Source of the DNA: an uncultured virus (IMG/VR IMGVR_UViG_3300046499_000512)
Lineage: Duplodnaviria > Heunggongvirae > Uroviricota > Caudoviricetes
Strand: one strand, 5' to 3'
IMG/VR virus record: IMGVR_UViG_3300046499_000512
Length of the DNA stretch: 63,993 nucleotides
Shown here: positions 62,931-63,993 of the stretch, piece by piece
Layout of the letters: each line of letters starts with the position of its first letter
Position numbering within the stretch: the stretch's first letter is position 1
Position numbers and translations under genes: made by a program
The notes under the pieces: model-generated
The model's input: only the letters and a program-made list of their open reading frames with translations
Databases searched by the model: none
What the model was told of the DNA's origin: nothing

Positions 62931-63993
62931 TTATTTCCCCGAGCCCTTTGCCGCCGCAGCCTTCGCCTGGACCATGCTCGCGGCCTTGTTGATCTTCGCC
63001 CCGGCCTTCGCCATCTCGGTCTTCTTCTGCACGTTGGCCGCGCCGACCGCCGCACCTGCCTGCGGGCCGCCCTGCGCAGCGAGCTGCTTCTGGGCCTCCA
63101 GGCCGGTCTTCTTGGTCTCCAGCTCCAGCTCCATGCGCTGGTCGATGCGCTCCTCCAGCGCGGAGAACTCGGCCTCGACCTCATCCATGGGCATGTCCAG
63201 GTAGGTGCCCATCATCCGGGTCAGCTCGGACATGAACGCCTGGGGAACGCGGAGTTCGGTCGGGGTCGTACCGAAGCCGAGCAGGAGGGCCTTGACGGTC
63301 TCCAGGTCACCCTCGGACAGCGGCCCGAACTCGAAGGAGGGGCAGACGCCCTTGGGGCCGTAGTTGTACATGACCAGGTCGGCCAGCACGTAGTTCGTGA
63401 TCGACTCGGCCAGCTCCTTGGCGGTGCCGGTCAGCGACTGGAGAAAGAAGTCGCTCTGATCCTTCGACAGGGCGTACGAACCGCCGGGGCTGTCGGGCAG
63501 GTTGGTGAACCCGGCCAGCACGGAGGCGGCCATCTGGTTGTCCAGGTAGGTGATGAACTCCTGGAACAGCCCGGCCGCTCCGGTGCCCAGCTCCAGTGTG
63601 TCGATCTTGATCTCGGAGGACGTGCCCAGCACGCCGCCGTTCTTCACGTACCGCAGGGCCTGCGCGTACTGCTTGGCCCGGGTCTCGTCCTCGGCCTGCA
63701 CGACGTAGCGGCCGGTAGCGTTCGCCTCCAGGAAGGACGCCCAGAGGAACAGCACCTTCTGCTTCTTGTCGTGGAGCCAGTAGATCAGCTCCATGTCGCT
63801 GTGACCCCGGGCCGCGTTGATGTGCTGGTTGTTCAGGTGAACCCACGAGTACTGGGCAGGGATGTCCACCCAGATGTCCGGCCACACGGCGCCGCCGACG
63901 GACACCGGACGCTGCCGGAAGCCACGGAACGCCCCGTTCTGGGGGTCGCGGGCAATCGCGGTCGTCTCGGCCGGGCGGAAGGCGAGCCGGTCG
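62931..63993 (-). CDS. Portal protein (DUF935/Mu gp29-like), 5' end outside window
   Basis: YLDNQMAASVLAGF...GSYALS...LVMYNYG...P.FEF; upstream of MuF. Confidence 0.85.
   Translation of the reverse strand, partial: DRLAFRPAETTAIARDPQNGAFRGFRQRPVSVGGAVWPDIWVDIPAQYSWVHLNNQHINAARGHSDMELIYWLHDKKQKVLFLWASFLEANATGRYVVQAEDETRAKQYAQALRYVKNGGVLGTSSEIKIDTLELGTGAAGLFQEFITYLDNQMAASVLAGFTNLPDSPGGSYALSKDQSDFFLQSLTGTAKELAESITNYVLADLVMYNYGPKGVCPSFEFGPLSEGDLETVKALLLGFGTTPTELRVPQAFMSELTRMMGTYLDMPMDEVEAEFSALEERIDQRMELELETKKTGLEAQKQLAAQGGPQAGAAVGAANVQKKTEMAKAGAKINKAASMVQAKAAAAKGSGK

Overview
This is a 64-kb segment of a high-GC actinomycete siphovirus, probably infecting Streptomyces or a related genus. Almost all genes are on the minus strand. 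From left to right it holds: (1) an array of small early-gene cassettes, each with a shared TTGCAC-N18-TAGGGTAGATAC promoter and its own terminator; (2) a first replicon (ribbon-helix-helix gene, DUF927/Cch-like helicase, iteron origin); (3) accessory genes; (4) a DNA metabolism block (PolA, SSB, Sak4-like ATPase, ThyX, Cas4-like exonuclease, RuvC-like resolvase, SNF2 helicase); (5) lysis, tail and head genes; (6) a second, paralogous helicase with its own origin; (7) a 1756-aa kinase-like/ADP-ribosyltransferase polyvalent protein, MuF and a partial portal. Three signals stand out. First, about 36 in-frame TTA (bldA-dependent Leu) codons are concentrated in virion, packaging and lysis genes, mostly near 5' ends. 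Eight lie in codons 58-117 of the tape measure and one in a leader uORF, while I found none in the replication genes. This suggests virion production is gated by host development. Second, the two origins have nearly identical spacing but different iteron hexamers, and each sits beside its own helicase paralog. Third, there are several large structured ncRNA candidates. No integrase, primase, tRNA or CRISPR array was recognised. All calls come from manual reading; no database searches were run.
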